Source of the DNA: an uncultured bacterium
GTDB lineage: Bacteria > Abyssobacteria > SURF-5
Direction: 5' to 3'
NCBI GenBank assembly: GCA_964607485.1
Contig: CAZSKP010000002.1
Coordinates: 146,620-209,257 of the forward strand
Length of the DNA: 62,638 nucleotides
Shown: positions 45,991 through 55,852 of the stretch, one piece after another
How positions within the stretch are numbered: position 1 is the stretch's first letter
How the letters are laid out: the number at the start of each line of letters is the position of its first letter
Notes under the pieces: generated by a model
The model's database searches: none
The model's input: the letters and a program-made list of their open reading frames with translations, nothing else
Told to the model about the DNA's origin: nothing
Program-made: the position numbers and the translations under genes

Positions 45991-48486
45991 TTACATCATC
46001 GACAGCGCGTCCATATCGACGGTGAGGCGGGTGTGGGTGCCTCGAATCTTCTTGTGCGCGTCGATAATTTCGCGGCCGAACGATTTCAGCAGTCCCGTCC
46101 TGGGCGAGAGCATCAGGAACCGAAACCGGAAGCGGCCCTTGATTTTCCTGAGCGGCGCCGCCGAGGGACCCATAACCGTCAGGCCCCGCGTGTCGCCCTG
46201 TTTCTCGGCGGCCTTGGGTATCTGCACCAGCCGCCGGATGACCTGCTGCGCGTCTTTCTGCGACGTGGAGTCCACGAGCACGTTCATCAGGTGCCGGTAC
46301 GGCGGAAACCCCGACTCCCGCCGGTGCTTCATCTCCTCGTGATAGAACGCGGCGTAGTCGTGTTTCGTCGCGTACTGGATGGCGTAGTGCGCGGGATTAT
46401 AGGTCTGGATGATGACCTCGCCGCCCAGGTGACTGCGGCCCGAGCGGCCCGCCACCTGCATGAGCAACTGAAACGTGCGCTCGGCGGCACGGAAATCGGG
46501 CAGGTTGAGCGCCACGTCGGCGAGCACGACGCCCACCAGCGTCACCCGCGGGAAGTCCAGGCCCTTGGCGAGCATCTGCGTGCCGACGAGTATGTCGATA
46601 TCGCCCTTCTCGAACGACTTGAGAATTTTCTCATGCGCCCATTTCGTGGACGTCGTGTCGGCGTCCATCCGTTGGATTCGCGCCTTCTGAAAGATGTTCT
46701 CAAGCTGCTCCTCCACGCGTTCGGTGCCCGTGCCGAACTTCGCGAGCTTCGTGTGTCCGCAGTAAGGACATCGCTCGGGTATCGGCTGCGTCGAGTTGCA
46801 GTAGTGGCACTTCATGCGGTGCTCCCTCGCATGATACGTGATGCCCACGCTGCAGTGCTGGCACCCCAGCGAGACGCCGCACTTGGGACACAGGAAGAAC
46901 GGCGTGTATCCCCGGCGGTTCAGGAATATGATCACCTGCTCCCGGCGCGAAAGCTTCTCCTCGATTTTGAAGCAGAGCTCGTCGGAGAGAACCGTCTCGA
47001 CCGTCTGCCCCCTCCTCGTCTCGCGCAGGTCGATGAGATGGACTTTCGGCATCGGCTGGCTCGCGACGCGGCTCGAAAGCCCCGTGCGCTTGTACTTGCC
47101 CAACTCGACGTTGTGATAGGCCTCCAGCGAGGGCGTGGCCGTGCCGAGCATCACGACGGCTCCCGCGTCGTGCGCCCGCACGACGGCGACGTCTCTCGCC
47201 TGATACCGCGGCGTCTCGGCCTGCTTGTACGACGCCTCGTGCTCTTCGTCCACGACGATGAGGCCGAGCTTGCGCACGGGCGCGAACACCGCCGAGCGCG
47301 CGCCGACGACGATGTTGTATAGCCCCGCGCGTATCTGACGCCACTCGTCGTATCGCTCGCCCGACGACAGCCGGCTGTGCATCACGGCCACCGAATCGCC
47401 GAACCGCGCCCGGAATCGCGCGACCGTCTGGGGCGTGAGCGAGATCTCGGGCACGAGCACGATCGCTCCCCTGCCCTGCCCGACGACGAGGTCGATCGCC
47501 TGCAGGTACACCTCCGTCTTTCCGCTGCCGGTGATGCCTTCGAGCAAGATTGTCTGAAACTCGCCCCGCTCGACGTATGTGCGCACAAGCTCGAGCGCCG
47601 CCTTCTGCTCGTCCGTCAGCTTGTGCCTCACGCTCGCCGCTTCCTCCGTGTAATGCTGCGTGTACGCGCGGAGCACTTCCTTCGTGAACAGCTCGACGAA
47701 CCCCTTCTTGACCAACCTGTGAATCGTGTCGTAAGACGAGCCCGTGGCGCGCGTGAGCTCGGCGGCGAGCATCTCGCCCCGGTCGGAAAGCGTCTTGAGC
47801 ACAGCCGCCTGCCTGGGCGACAGGCTGCCCAGCTCGCTGACGGCGGCATCCACGTCGACGCCGAGCACGACCCTGACCGCGCTTATCTGCCTCGCCTTCG
47901 TGCGCGCCCGAATGACAGCCTCGCGCGCGATGACGCCGCGCTTCTCCAGCGCGGCGAGCGAGCCATAGAGGCCGTCGGTTCCGGCCTTCTTCTGAAGCTG
48001 CGCGACGCTCAGCCGCTTCTTCTCCATCACGAGCTTCAGTATCTCATACTGCTTCGGCGCGCCGGCGCGGAGGTCGGACAGGATTTTGTTCAGCTTGTAC
48101 GCGGGCTGGGAGATGAGCGATATCTGCGTCTTCGCGGCCAGCCTCACGCCGGGCGGCAATGCGCAGTCGAGCGCCTGTCCCCACGAGCACAGGTAGTAGT
48201 CGGCTATCCAGCGGGTGAGCCGGAGCAGGTGCTCATCGACGAGAGGCTCGGAATCGAGAACGTCGCATATCGGCTTGATGTCCTTGTCGGGCGCTTCCGA
48301 ACCCACGACGACGACGTAGCCGGTGGCAAGATGCTTGCGCAGGTGCACGGCCACCCTTACTCCCGGCCTGATGTGTTCCCTCAGGTCTTCGGGAACGGAA
48401 TAGGTGTAAGCCCGGTCGAGCGGCAGATTGAAGACGACCTGGGAATATAGCGGCTCGTGCATTACGTTTCCCGTTTCGGGGGCCAT
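45991..48486 (-). CDS. priA: Primosomal protein N'
   Basis: GITGSGKTEVY, VPEISLTPQ, DEEH, four CxxC pairs, QVAGRSGR. The start could be 48462. Confidence 0.97.
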   Translation of the reverse strand: MAPETGNVMHEPLYSQVVFNLPLDRAYTYSVPEDLREHIRPGVRVAVHLRKHLATGYVVVVGSEAPDKDIKPICDVLDSEPLVDEHLLRLTRWIADYYLCSWGQALDCALPPGVRLAAKTQISLISQPAYKLNKILSDLRAGAPKQYEILKLVMEKKRLSVAQLQKKAGTDGLYGSLAALEKRGVIAREAVIRARTKARQISAVRVVLGVDVDAAVSELGSLSPRQAAVLKTLSDRGEMLAAELTRATGSSYDTIHRLVKKGFVELFTKEVLRAYTQHYTEEAASVRHKLTDEQKAALELVRTYVERGEFQTILLEGITGSGKTEVYLQAIDLVVGQGRGAIVLVPEISLTPQTVARFRARFGDSVAVMHSRLSSGERYDEWRQIRAGLYNIVVGARSAVFAPVRKLGLIVVDEEHEASYKQAETPRYQARDVAVVRAHDAGAVVMLGTATPSLEAYHNVELGKYKRTGLSSRVASQPMPKVHLIDLRETRRGQTVETVLSDELCFKIEEKLSRREQVIIFLNRRGYTPFFLCPKCGVSLGCQHCSVGITYHAREHRMKCHYCNSTQPIPERCPYCGHTKLAKFGTGTERVEEQLENIFQKARIQRMDADTTSTKWAHEKILKSFEKGDIDILVGTQMLAKGLDFPRVTLVGVVLADVALNLPDFRAAERTFQLLMQVAGRSGRSHLGGEVIIQTYNPAHYAIQYATKHDYAAFYHEEMKHRRESGFPPYRHLMNVLVDSTSQKDAQQVIRRLVQIPKAAEKQGDTRGLTVMGPSAAPLRKIKGRFRFRFLMLSPRTGLLKSFGREIIDAHKKIRGTHTRLTVDMDALSMM

Positions 48487-48493
48487 AAATCAA

Positions 48494-48518
48494 ATGGGCC
48501 TGCGATTATCAGGCCCAT
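48494..48518 (-). terminator. Hairpin (possible terminator) between the HNH gene and priA
   Basis: ATGGGCCTG / CAGGCCCAT stem followed by TTGATTT on the minus strand. Confidence 0.45.
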
Positions 48519-48629
48519 GACCTCATTCCGAAATCGATGAGGAGAATCTTCTCGTTTGGCGGAATCCTCACATCGGTGTGATGTGCCGTTGCGACCTCTT
48601 CTTTGGAAAGGTCCGTCGAAAGGCCGGAA

Positions 48630-49220
48630 CTATTCCTTCAACTCGACGTCCCAGTACGCGGCGTCCACGAACCTCTGCCAACTGGGCTTGCGCACCGAGG
48701 AGAAGCTTTCGCCCGAATAGGGTATCCAGCGCGGCTTGCGCGGCTTGCGAACCAGCGGCATGCCGGCCTCTTCGGGCAGCCGATTGCCCTTCTTGACGTT
48801 GCACGGAACGCACGCAAGCACCAGATTCTCCCACGTCGAACGCCCGCCAAGGCTGCGCGGCACGACGTGGTCGAGCGTGAACTCCCACTTCTTGAACTTT
48901 CGCCCGCAATACTGGCAGGTGTTTTTGTCTCTCTCGAAGATGTTGCGCCTCGAAAAGCGTATGTCGCGCCGGTACACGCCGTTAAAAGCCGTGAGCACAA
49001 TCACTTCGGGTATCTTGATCTTGAAGTGAATCGTGTGAATGCAGTACTCGTCGGCGGTCTTGGAAAGCTCTTTCCAGTCGTCGAAATTGTAGGTCGAAAA
49101 GTCCTCGGGGGAGACTACCTTGGCATAGCCCTGGTAGAGCAACGTAATGGCGCGGCGGACGTTTGCGACATTAATCGCAATCCACGACCTATTGAGTATG
49201 AGTACACTTTCATTGAGCAT
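48630..49220 (-). CDS. HNH endonuclease (McrA-like family)
   Basis: VLILNRSW, FSRRNIFERD..TCQYCG, TLDHVVPRSLGG..WENLV.AC..CN.KKG; start ATG 49220. Confidence 0.9.
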   Translation of the reverse strand: MLNESVLILNRSWIAINVANVRRAITLLYQGYAKVVSPEDFSTYNFDDWKELSKTADEYCIHTIHFKIKIPEVIVLTAFNGVYRRDIRFSRRNIFERDKNTCQYCGRKFKKWEFTLDHVVPRSLGGRSTWENLVLACVPCNVKKGNRLPEEAGMPLVRKPRKPRWIPYSGESFSSVRKPSWQRFVDAAYWDVELKE

Positions 49221-49468
49221 TGCTAATCCCTCGCGCAGCAAAAATATTATAGACGGCAGTTTGACAAAAGTCAAGTCCGGAGGGAACCACCGGATACAGC
49301 CCGGTGGAAAGCCCTTCTCGCACACTGCTCTCGACACTGCCGGAGACCGCCACCGCCTCGCCGGGGCGATTGACTTTGCCGTGCATCTGTGTTAATATGT
49401 GTGGCTTAAAGGTGTTATCACCCCGACACCTCTTTTCATCAGCCTGTTACAAAGGGTTACAACCCGAC

Positions 49469-50824
49469 GTGTTTGAAACCGTGATAAAGAGCTTTCGCGG
49501 CGGAATTCATCCGCCGGAAGAGAAGCACCACACGGAGAAGAAGCCGCTCGAAGTGATGCCTCTGCCCGAGCGCGTCGTCATCCCGCTCAGGCAGCACACG
49601 GGGGCGCCCACGCGCGCGTCGGTGCAGGTGGGCGACCACGTCAAGGCCGGCCAGCGCATCGCAAGCGGCCCGGGCTTCGTCACCACGACGATGCACGCGT
49701 CGATATCGGGCGAGGTCGTCTCCATCAAGCCGCGCAATCATCCGGTGTTCCGCAGTTGCGACGCGATAGAGATAAAGTCCGACGGCAAGGACGAATGGGT
49801 GTACGGAAAGAAGCGTCCGCGCGACCGGCTGGACGAGATTCCACGCGATGAGATAAAGACGACCGTGACCGAGAGCGGCATCGTCGGGCTGGGCGGAGCG
49901 GCGTTCCCGACCCACGTCAAACTCTCTCCGCCTCCCGAGAAAAAGATTGAGGTGTACATCCTGAACGGGGCCGAATGCGAGCCGTACCTGACGGCGGACG
50001 ACAGGGTGATGCAGGAGCGCGCCCAGGATGTCTTTCTCGGGCTGCGTTTGATGATGAGGGCGATAGGCGTCGAGCGAGCCATCATCGGCGTCGAGGACAA
50101 CACCCCCGACTCCATACGCGAGCTCAGCGCCATCGTGGCAAAGTATCCGAACATTGTCGTCAGGAAGCTGCGAACCAAGTACCCGCAGGGCTCGGAGAAA
50201 CAGTTGATTCGCGTCCTGACCGGCCGCGAGATTCCCCGCGGCGGCCTGCCGATGGACGCGGGCGTGGCCATCAACAATGTCGGCACGGCGCTCGCCGTCG
50301 CGCAGGCCGTGTTCGACGGCAAACCGCTGGTGGAACGCGCGCTCACGGTGACGGGCTCGGCCATCGCGGAGCCGAAGAACGTGGTGGCGCGGATAGGAAC
50401 GAGCTTCCAGAACGTGATAGATTACTGCGGCGGTTTTTCGGTCGCGCCGGCGAAGCTTCTCATGGGCGGCCCGATGATGGGCATCGCCCAATACACGACA
50501 GATGTGCCGGTGATAAAGGGAACCTCGGCCATACTCGCGTTGGCGGAAGAGAACGTCACCATAGTAGAATCCGAGACGTGCATCCGCTGCGGACGATGTG
50601 TCAATGCCTGTCCGATGTATCTGCTTCCCTCGACGCTGGGCATACTGTGCGAGCGTCACAAGTTCGAGGAGGCGCGCGCGCTGGGGCTGATGGATTGCAT
50701 CGAGTGCGGATGCTGCACATTCGTGTGTCCCGCCGGCAGGCCGATGGTGCACATGTTCAAGTTCGGCAAGATGGAGTTGTTCAAGCAGGATCAGAAGAAG
50801 AAGGCCAAAAAAGAGGAGAAATGA
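49469..50824 (+). CDS. rnfC: Rnf complex subunit C
   Basis: FRGGIHP, GLGGAAFPT, NGAECEPYL, YPQGSEK, two CxxCxxCxxxCP motifs. Confidence 0.95.
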   Translation: MFETVIKSFRGGIHPPEEKHHTEKKPLEVMPLPERVVIPLRQHTGAPTRASVQVGDHVKAGQRIASGPGFVTTTMHASISGEVVSIKPRNHPVFRSCDAIEIKSDGKDEWVYGKKRPRDRLDEIPRDEIKTTVTESGIVGLGGAAFPTHVKLSPPPEKKIEVYILNGAECEPYLTADDRVMQERAQDVFLGLRLMMRAIGVERAIIGVEDNTPDSIRELSAIVAKYPNIVVRKLRTKYPQGSEKQLIRVLTGREIPRGGLPMDAGVAINNVGTALAVAQAVFDGKPLVERALTVTGSAIAEPKNVVARIGTSFQNVIDYCGGFSVAPAKLLMGGPMMGIAQYTTDVPVIKGTSAILALAEENVTIVESETCIRCGRCVNACPMYLLPSTLGILCERHKFEEARALGLMDCIECGCCTFVCPAGRPMVHMFKFGKMELFKQDQKKKAKKEEK

Positions 50825-51834
50825 CCTCCGACCGTCAGCTCATCGTCACCACCTCACCCCACATCCGCTCCGAGATCACCATAAGACGGGTAATGGCCGA
50901 CGTGCTCGTGGCGCTCGCTCCGGCCACGATTGTCGGCGTCTTTTTGTTCGGGTTCCGCTCCGGCGTCGTCCTGGCGGTGGCCGTCATATCGGCCGTAGCC
51001 ACGGAGGCGCTCCTCGAAAAGATATTCAAGTGGGAGATGACGATAGGAGATTGCAGCGCCTGCGTGACCGGCCTTCTGCTGGGGCTCAACCTGCCTCCCG
51101 GCGTGCCGCTGTGGATCGCCGCCATCGGGAGCGCGTTTGCGATTGCGATAGCGAAGGTCGCATTCGGCGGGCTGGGCAAAAACATCTTCAACCCCGCGCT
51201 TGCGGGACGCGTGATGCTTCTGGCCGCGTGGCCGGTGGCGATGACGAAAGGATGGCTCAAGCCCGAGTGGTGGCAGCGGCCGGGATTCTCCTTCTGGACT
51301 TACCACGTCGCCGACCGCTTCGGCATCTCGCTCGACGCAATAACCTCGGCCACCCCGCTCGTGAAGGGGGGGGCGCACGCCGACCCGTTCACCATTCTTG
51401 ACCTTTTTCTCGGCCGTGTCGGCGGCTGCATCGGCGAAACATCGGCGGTGGCGCTGCTCATCGGAGCCGCGTATCTCATCTACCGGCGGCACATCTACTG
51501 GCAGTTGCCCGTCAGTTTCGTCGCGACGGTCGGAATACTCGTGTGGATATTCGGCGGCACGGGCGGATACTTCACCGGAGATTTTCTCATGCACATGCTC
51601 GCCGGCGGCCTCATACTGGGCGCGTTTTTCATGGCGACCGACATGGTGACCTCGCCCATCACCATTCGAGGCCAGGTGATCATGGGAATCGGATGCGGCG
51701 TGCTGACCTTCCTGGTGCGCCTCAAGGGAGGCCCGCCCGAGGGCGTTTCGTATTCCATTCTGATAATGAACGCGCTCACGCCGCTCATCGACCGTTACAC
51801 CGTGCCGCGGCGCTTCGGGGAGGGAGTCACGTGA
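50821..51834 (+). CDS. rnfD: Rnf complex subunit D
   Basis: SPHI, FGGLGKNIFNPA, FMN site TSATPL, GCIGETS, FFMATD. Confidence 0.95.
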   Translation: MTSDRQLIVTTSPHIRSEITIRRVMADVLVALAPATIVGVFLFGFRSGVVLAVAVISAVATEALLEKIFKWEMTIGDCSACVTGLLLGLNLPPGVPLWIAAIGSAFAIAIAKVAFGGLGKNIFNPALAGRVMLLAAWPVAMTKGWLKPEWWQRPGFSFWTYHVADRFGISLDAITSATPLVKGGAHADPFTILDLFLGRVGGCIGETSAVALLIGAAYLIYRRHIYWQLPVSFVATVGILVWIFGGTGGYFTGDFLMHMLAGGLILGAFFMATDMVTSPITIRGQVIMGIGCGVLTFLVRLKGGPPEGVSYSILIMNALTPLIDRYTVPRRFGEGVT

Positions 51835-52448
51835 GCGCTTACGTTCGACTGAGCCTCTTGCTCTTTCTGATATGCTCCGTCTCGGCGGGCGCGTTGGCGC
51901 TGGTGGATTCGGCCACTCGCGCGCGTATCAGGGCGAACGAAGAATACAAAGAACGCATCCTGAGAGGAAAGGCGCTCGCGGGCGAACAAGAGGGCGGCCA
52001 GGTCACGTTCGACCCCAAGCCCATCGAAATCGGGACGACCGAGTACTACGTCGGCCGGCTGGACAGCAAGTTCGTGGGGACCGCGTTCACGGCCGTCACC
52101 AACAAGGGCTACGGCGGCCCGATCGAAATAGTCATCGCGATGGACCCGACCGGCGAAAAGATAGCGGGAGTGAGAATCAAGAGCCACTCAGAGACGCCCG
52201 GCCTGGGCGCAAACGCCACACAGATACGATACGGGGATATCGAACCGTGGTTCCTCGCGCAATTCGAGGGGCTTCGGCCCGAACAGGTCAGGCTGAAAAA
52301 GGACGACCCGAACGGCGCGATCGACGCCATCACCGCGGCGACCATAACCTCCCGCGCGGTGACCAACTGCGTGCGCGAGGAGGCGGAAAGCTTCGAAAAG
52401 GTGCGGAGCGAACTGAGCGAGAAGGAGCGACATGAGCACGCGAAGTGA
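51831..52448 (+). CDS. rnfG: Rnf complex subunit G
   Basis: KGYGGPI, ETPGLG, DAITAATITS; GTG start. Confidence 0.93.
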   Translation: MSAYVRLSLLLFLICSVSAGALALVDSATRARIRANEEYKERILRGKALAGEQEGGQVTFDPKPIEIGTTEYYVGRLDSKFVGTAFTAVTNKGYGGPIEIVIAMDPTGEKIAGVRIKSHSETPGLGANATQIRYGDIEPWFLAQFEGLRPEQVRLKKDDPNGAIDAITAATITSRAVTNCVREEAESFEKVRSELSEKERHEHAK

Positions 52449-53058
52449 GTTTCTGAAAGGTTTCTGGGATGAAAACCCGACGTTTCGGCTGATGCTCGGC
52501 CTGTGCCCCACGCTGGCGGTCACCACTTCCATGGTGAACGGACTGGGGATGGGGCTTGCAACGCTCTCCGTGCTGCTGGGCTCAAACATCGTCGTATCGG
52601 TCATACGCGATTGGATTCCGTCACAGATACGCATTCCCTCGTTCATCGTGGTAATCGCCTCGTTCGTGACGATAATCGACCTCTCGATGCACGCGTTTGC
52701 CCCCGGCTTGCACGAAGCGTTGGGGATATTCGTTCCGCTGATAGTGGTCAATTGCATCATCCTCGGCAGGGCGGAGGCGTTCGCGTCGAAAAACGGCGTG
52801 TTGTCCTCCGCGGTGGACGCGCTCGGGATGGGAATGGGGTTCACCCTGAACCTGATGGTGCTGGGCGGAATAAGGGAACTGGCCGGGTCGGGCCAGCTTC
52901 TCGGCCGACCGGTTTTGCCCGCGGGCTTCCAGCCGTCGCTGGTCATGATATTGCCGCCGGGCGCGTTTTTGACGCTTGGCCTCCTGCTGGCGTGGATGAA
53001 CCTCATCAGCCGGCGGATCGAGGTAAAACGGGCGGCCGGGCGCAAGGAGCTGCCGTAA
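52432..53058 (+). CDS. rnfE: Rnf complex subunit E
   Basis: LGLCPTLAVT, PLIVVNCIILGRAE, LPPGAF. Confidence 0.95.
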   Translation: MSTRSEFLKGFWDENPTFRLMLGLCPTLAVTTSMVNGLGMGLATLSVLLGSNIVVSVIRDWIPSQIRIPSFIVVIASFVTIIDLSMHAFAPGLHEALGIFVPLIVVNCIILGRAEAFASKNGVLSSAVDALGMGMGFTLNLMVLGGIRELAGSGQLLGRPVLPAGFQPSLVMILPPGAFLTLGLLLAWMNLISRRIEVKRAAGRKELP

Positions 53059-53648
53059 TGCATTCCACCGATTTCTCCACCCTGATAACGATTGCGATAG
53101 GGGCAATCTTCATAAACAACTTCGTGCTGAGCCGGTTTCTGGGCATCTGCCCGTTCGTGGGCGTTTCACGAAGCGTCGAATCGTCGGTCGGCATGGGGAT
53201 GGCCGTCATCTTCGTCATGACCCTCGCCGGATTCGCGACGTATTACGTGAACAAGGTGCTCGTGGTGGCGGGCGTGGGATTCCTTCAGACGGTGAGCTTC
53301 ATCCTTGTCATCGCCGCGCTCGTGCAGTTTGTGGAGATGTTTTTGCAGAAATTCAATCCCGTCCTTTACTCGGCCCTGGGAATATACCTTCCGCTCATCA
53401 CGACAAACTGCGCGGTGCTGGGCGTGGCATTGCTAAACATCAAGGACGGGTATAATATTATAGAGGTGATTGTGTTTTCCTTCTGCGCCGCGGTCGGTTT
53501 CGCGCTGGCCCTCATCATCATGGCGGGCATCCGCGAGCGGCTGGACATCACCGATGTGCCCAAGTCGATGGAAGGCGCTCCGATAGCGTTCATCGTTGCA
53601 GGACTCCTCTCGCTTGCGTTCATGGGTTTCTCGGGGATGAAGTTCTAA
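53058..53648 (+). CDS. rnfA: Rnf complex subunit A
   Basis: NNFVLSRFLGICP, LPLITTNCAVLG, AGIRERL. Confidence 0.95.
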   Translation: MHSTDFSTLITIAIGAIFINNFVLSRFLGICPFVGVSRSVESSVGMGMAVIFVMTLAGFATYYVNKVLVVAGVGFLQTVSFILVIAALVQFVEMFLQKFNPVLYSALGIYLPLITTNCAVLGVALLNIKDGYNIIEVIVFSFCAAVGFALALIIMAGIRERLDITDVPKSMEGAPIAFIVAGLLSLAFMGFSGMKF

Positions 53649-53775
53649 GGGGTCGAGGAAAGTTTTTTCTTTTGCGGACGGCGTGTCGGGCGGTGTCGAA
53701 GCGATGAGATATGGGGCGACCGGGCCGACGCAGTGAGTGTTACTTTTATGAACAACGAAGGAACGTGACGAGAAC

Positions 53776-54777
53776 ATGCAGACAGTGCTTTTTGCAATAG
53801 CGGTAGTGGGAGGCCTCGGGCTTGTGGCCGGGGCTGTCCTTGCATTCGCATCGAGAAAGTTTGCCGTCAAGGTGGACCCCCGGGTGGAACAGTTGGAGGC
53901 TGCGCTTCCGGGAGTCAACTGCGGCGCCTGCGGACATCCAAGCTGCTCGGCCGCCGCCAAGGCGATCGCCGAAGGCAGGGCGCCGATTAACGCATGCGTG
54001 GCGGGCGGCGAGGCCACGATGCGTTTGGTCGCCAGCGTGATGGGCGTTGAGGCGGGCGCGGCGGTGCAGAGGATCGCCAAGATTCAGTGTCGCGGCGACA
54101 TCGGCATCGCAAAGCTTCAGTACGAATACCACGGCATCGACGACTGCCGGGCCGCGTACATACTTTTCAATGGTGCAAAGGCTTGCGCCTACGGCTGCCT
54201 CGCGCTCGGCTCGTGCGCGAAGGCGTGCCCGTTCGACGCAATAGAGTACGACTTCCACCGCGTGCCGCACGTGCGCTACGACAAGTGCACCGGCTGCGGC
54301 GTGTGCGTCGATGTGTGTCCGCGGAATCTCATCGACCTGTATGACGCCACGGACGAGGTTTTCGTGATGTGTAAATCGCATGACAAGGGCGCGCAGGTGA
54401 GAAAGGTGTGCGAGGTGGGCTGCGTCGCCTGCGGAGTGTGCGAACGCTCGTGTCCGTTCGAGGCGATAACCGTGCAGGACGGGCTTGCCGTTGTGGACCG
54501 CGAGAAGTGTACAAAGTGCGGCATCTGCGCGGTGGAGTGCCCATATAGCTGCATCTGGCGAAAACCCCATACGGACCGCGCCTTCATCACCGACAAGTGC
54601 AATGGCTGCACCATCTGCGAGAAGGTGTGCCCAGTAAACGCGATAACCGGCCAAGCCAAGCAGTTGCACACAGTCGACCCCGAGCGGTGCATTGCGTGCG
54701 GTATCTGCGTCGGCAAGTGTCCGGTCAAGGCAATCGAGATGCGCGAGCGTGAAGCCGCGCTTGCGAAGGCGGCGTGA
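53776..54777 (+). CDS. rnfB: Rnf complex subunit B (long polyferredoxin form)
   Basis: LPGVNCGACG, N-terminal TM helix, about six further CxxCxxCxxxCP-type motifs. Confidence 0.95.
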   Translation: MQTVLFAIAVVGGLGLVAGAVLAFASRKFAVKVDPRVEQLEAALPGVNCGACGHPSCSAAAKAIAEGRAPINACVAGGEATMRLVASVMGVEAGAAVQRIAKIQCRGDIGIAKLQYEYHGIDDCRAAYILFNGAKACAYGCLALGSCAKACPFDAIEYDFHRVPHVRYDKCTGCGVCVDVCPRNLIDLYDATDEVFVMCKSHDKGAQVRKVCEVGCVACGVCERSCPFEAITVQDGLAVVDREKCTKCGICAVECPYSCIWRKPHTDRAFITDKCNGCTICEKVCPVNAITGQAKQLHTVDPERCIACGICVGKCPVKAIEMREREAALAKAA

Positions 54778-54808
54778 AGCCCATAATTAACCGAAAGCTT
54801 CGGACGAA

Positions 54809-55675
54809 ATGGCTGAGCACAGAGTTGGCCCATACCGGATCGTGCGTCCCGTCGGCAAAGGCGGAATGGGCCGAGTGTACCTAGCCATCGACGAACAGAA
54901 GGACCGCAGGGTCGCGATAAAAGTCCTGCCCGAACACTTCCTCGAGGACAAGAAGAAGTCCGAGTACCTGAACCGTGAACTCCAGATAGCCCGCGAGCTC
55001 GACCACCCCAACGTCGTCGATATCTTCGACATCTTGGAGATGCGCCGCAAGACCGACGGCAAGCTGCAGGGCTTCATGCTGATGGAGTTCATCGACGGCG
55101 ACAACCTCCGACAGCACATCGCAGACCAGGACCTCGCCGTAGGCCAGGCCGTGGAACTCTGCGAACAAATCTGCGCCGGGCTGAACTACATCCATCGCCA
55201 CCGACTGAAAGACGGCCGCTATCACTCGATCATCCATCGCGACATAAAGCCCGAGAACATCCTCATCAGGAGGGATGGGAGGGTGAAAATCGTCGATTTC
55301 GGGCTGTCCACCGAGGAAAAGCCGTTTCGGCTCCTGCGTTCGAAGTCGAGGGCCGGCACTCCCCAGTACATGTCGCCCGAACAGATAAAAGGCGGGAGGG
55401 TGGACGAACGCTCGGACATCTATTCGCTCGGCGTTTGCATGTATGAGCTGTTCACGGGCAAGCTTCCGTATCAGGGCAAGAACAGAAAAGAAACGATGAA
55501 GATGCACGTGAGCCGCAAGGTTAAGCCCGACCCGCCTTCCAGCGTGAATCGTAAGATACCGCCTTCGCTCAACCGCATCATATTGACGGCGCTCGAAAAA
55601 GACCCCGAAAAGCGTTTTCAATCGGTCGCCGAACTGCAGCTTGCGCTCAAGCACGTCTCGGTCCTGCGCATTTAG
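54809..55675 (+). CDS. Hanks-type Ser/Thr protein kinase (catalytic domain only)
   Basis: GKGGMG, VAIK, HRDIKPEN, DFG, GTPQYMSPE, SDIYSLG. Confidence 0.95.
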   Translation: MAEHRVGPYRIVRPVGKGGMGRVYLAIDEQKDRRVAIKVLPEHFLEDKKKSEYLNRELQIARELDHPNVVDIFDILEMRRKTDGKLQGFMLMEFIDGDNLRQHIADQDLAVGQAVELCEQICAGLNYIHRHRLKDGRYHSIIHRDIKPENILIRRDGRVKIVDFGLSTEEKPFRLLRSKSRAGTPQYMSPEQIKGGRVDERSDIYSLGVCMYELFTGKLPYQGKNRKETMKMHVSRKVKPDPPSSVNRKIPPSLNRIILTALEKDPEKRFQSVAELQLALKHVSVLRI

Positions 55676-55852
55676 GGTGCGCGCCGGGCCCGACTCGGCC
55701 TTTTTCTGTTGAAAAACCGCGTCGCATCCTGTAAACTAGGTACCGATGAATAGTGTCTCCCCGGTGTGCCGACCGCGATATCATGTGGTGTGTTGTGGCG
55801 TGCCGGGGTTGCTGACAAAGTGCAAAATGCCGTTGAATAGGAGTTTTACCTC

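Noticed and set aside
48630-49220. HNH gene as a mobile or Cas-related element
   Set aside because: It belongs to a common stand-alone family, has host-like composition and has no flanking repeats or cas genes.
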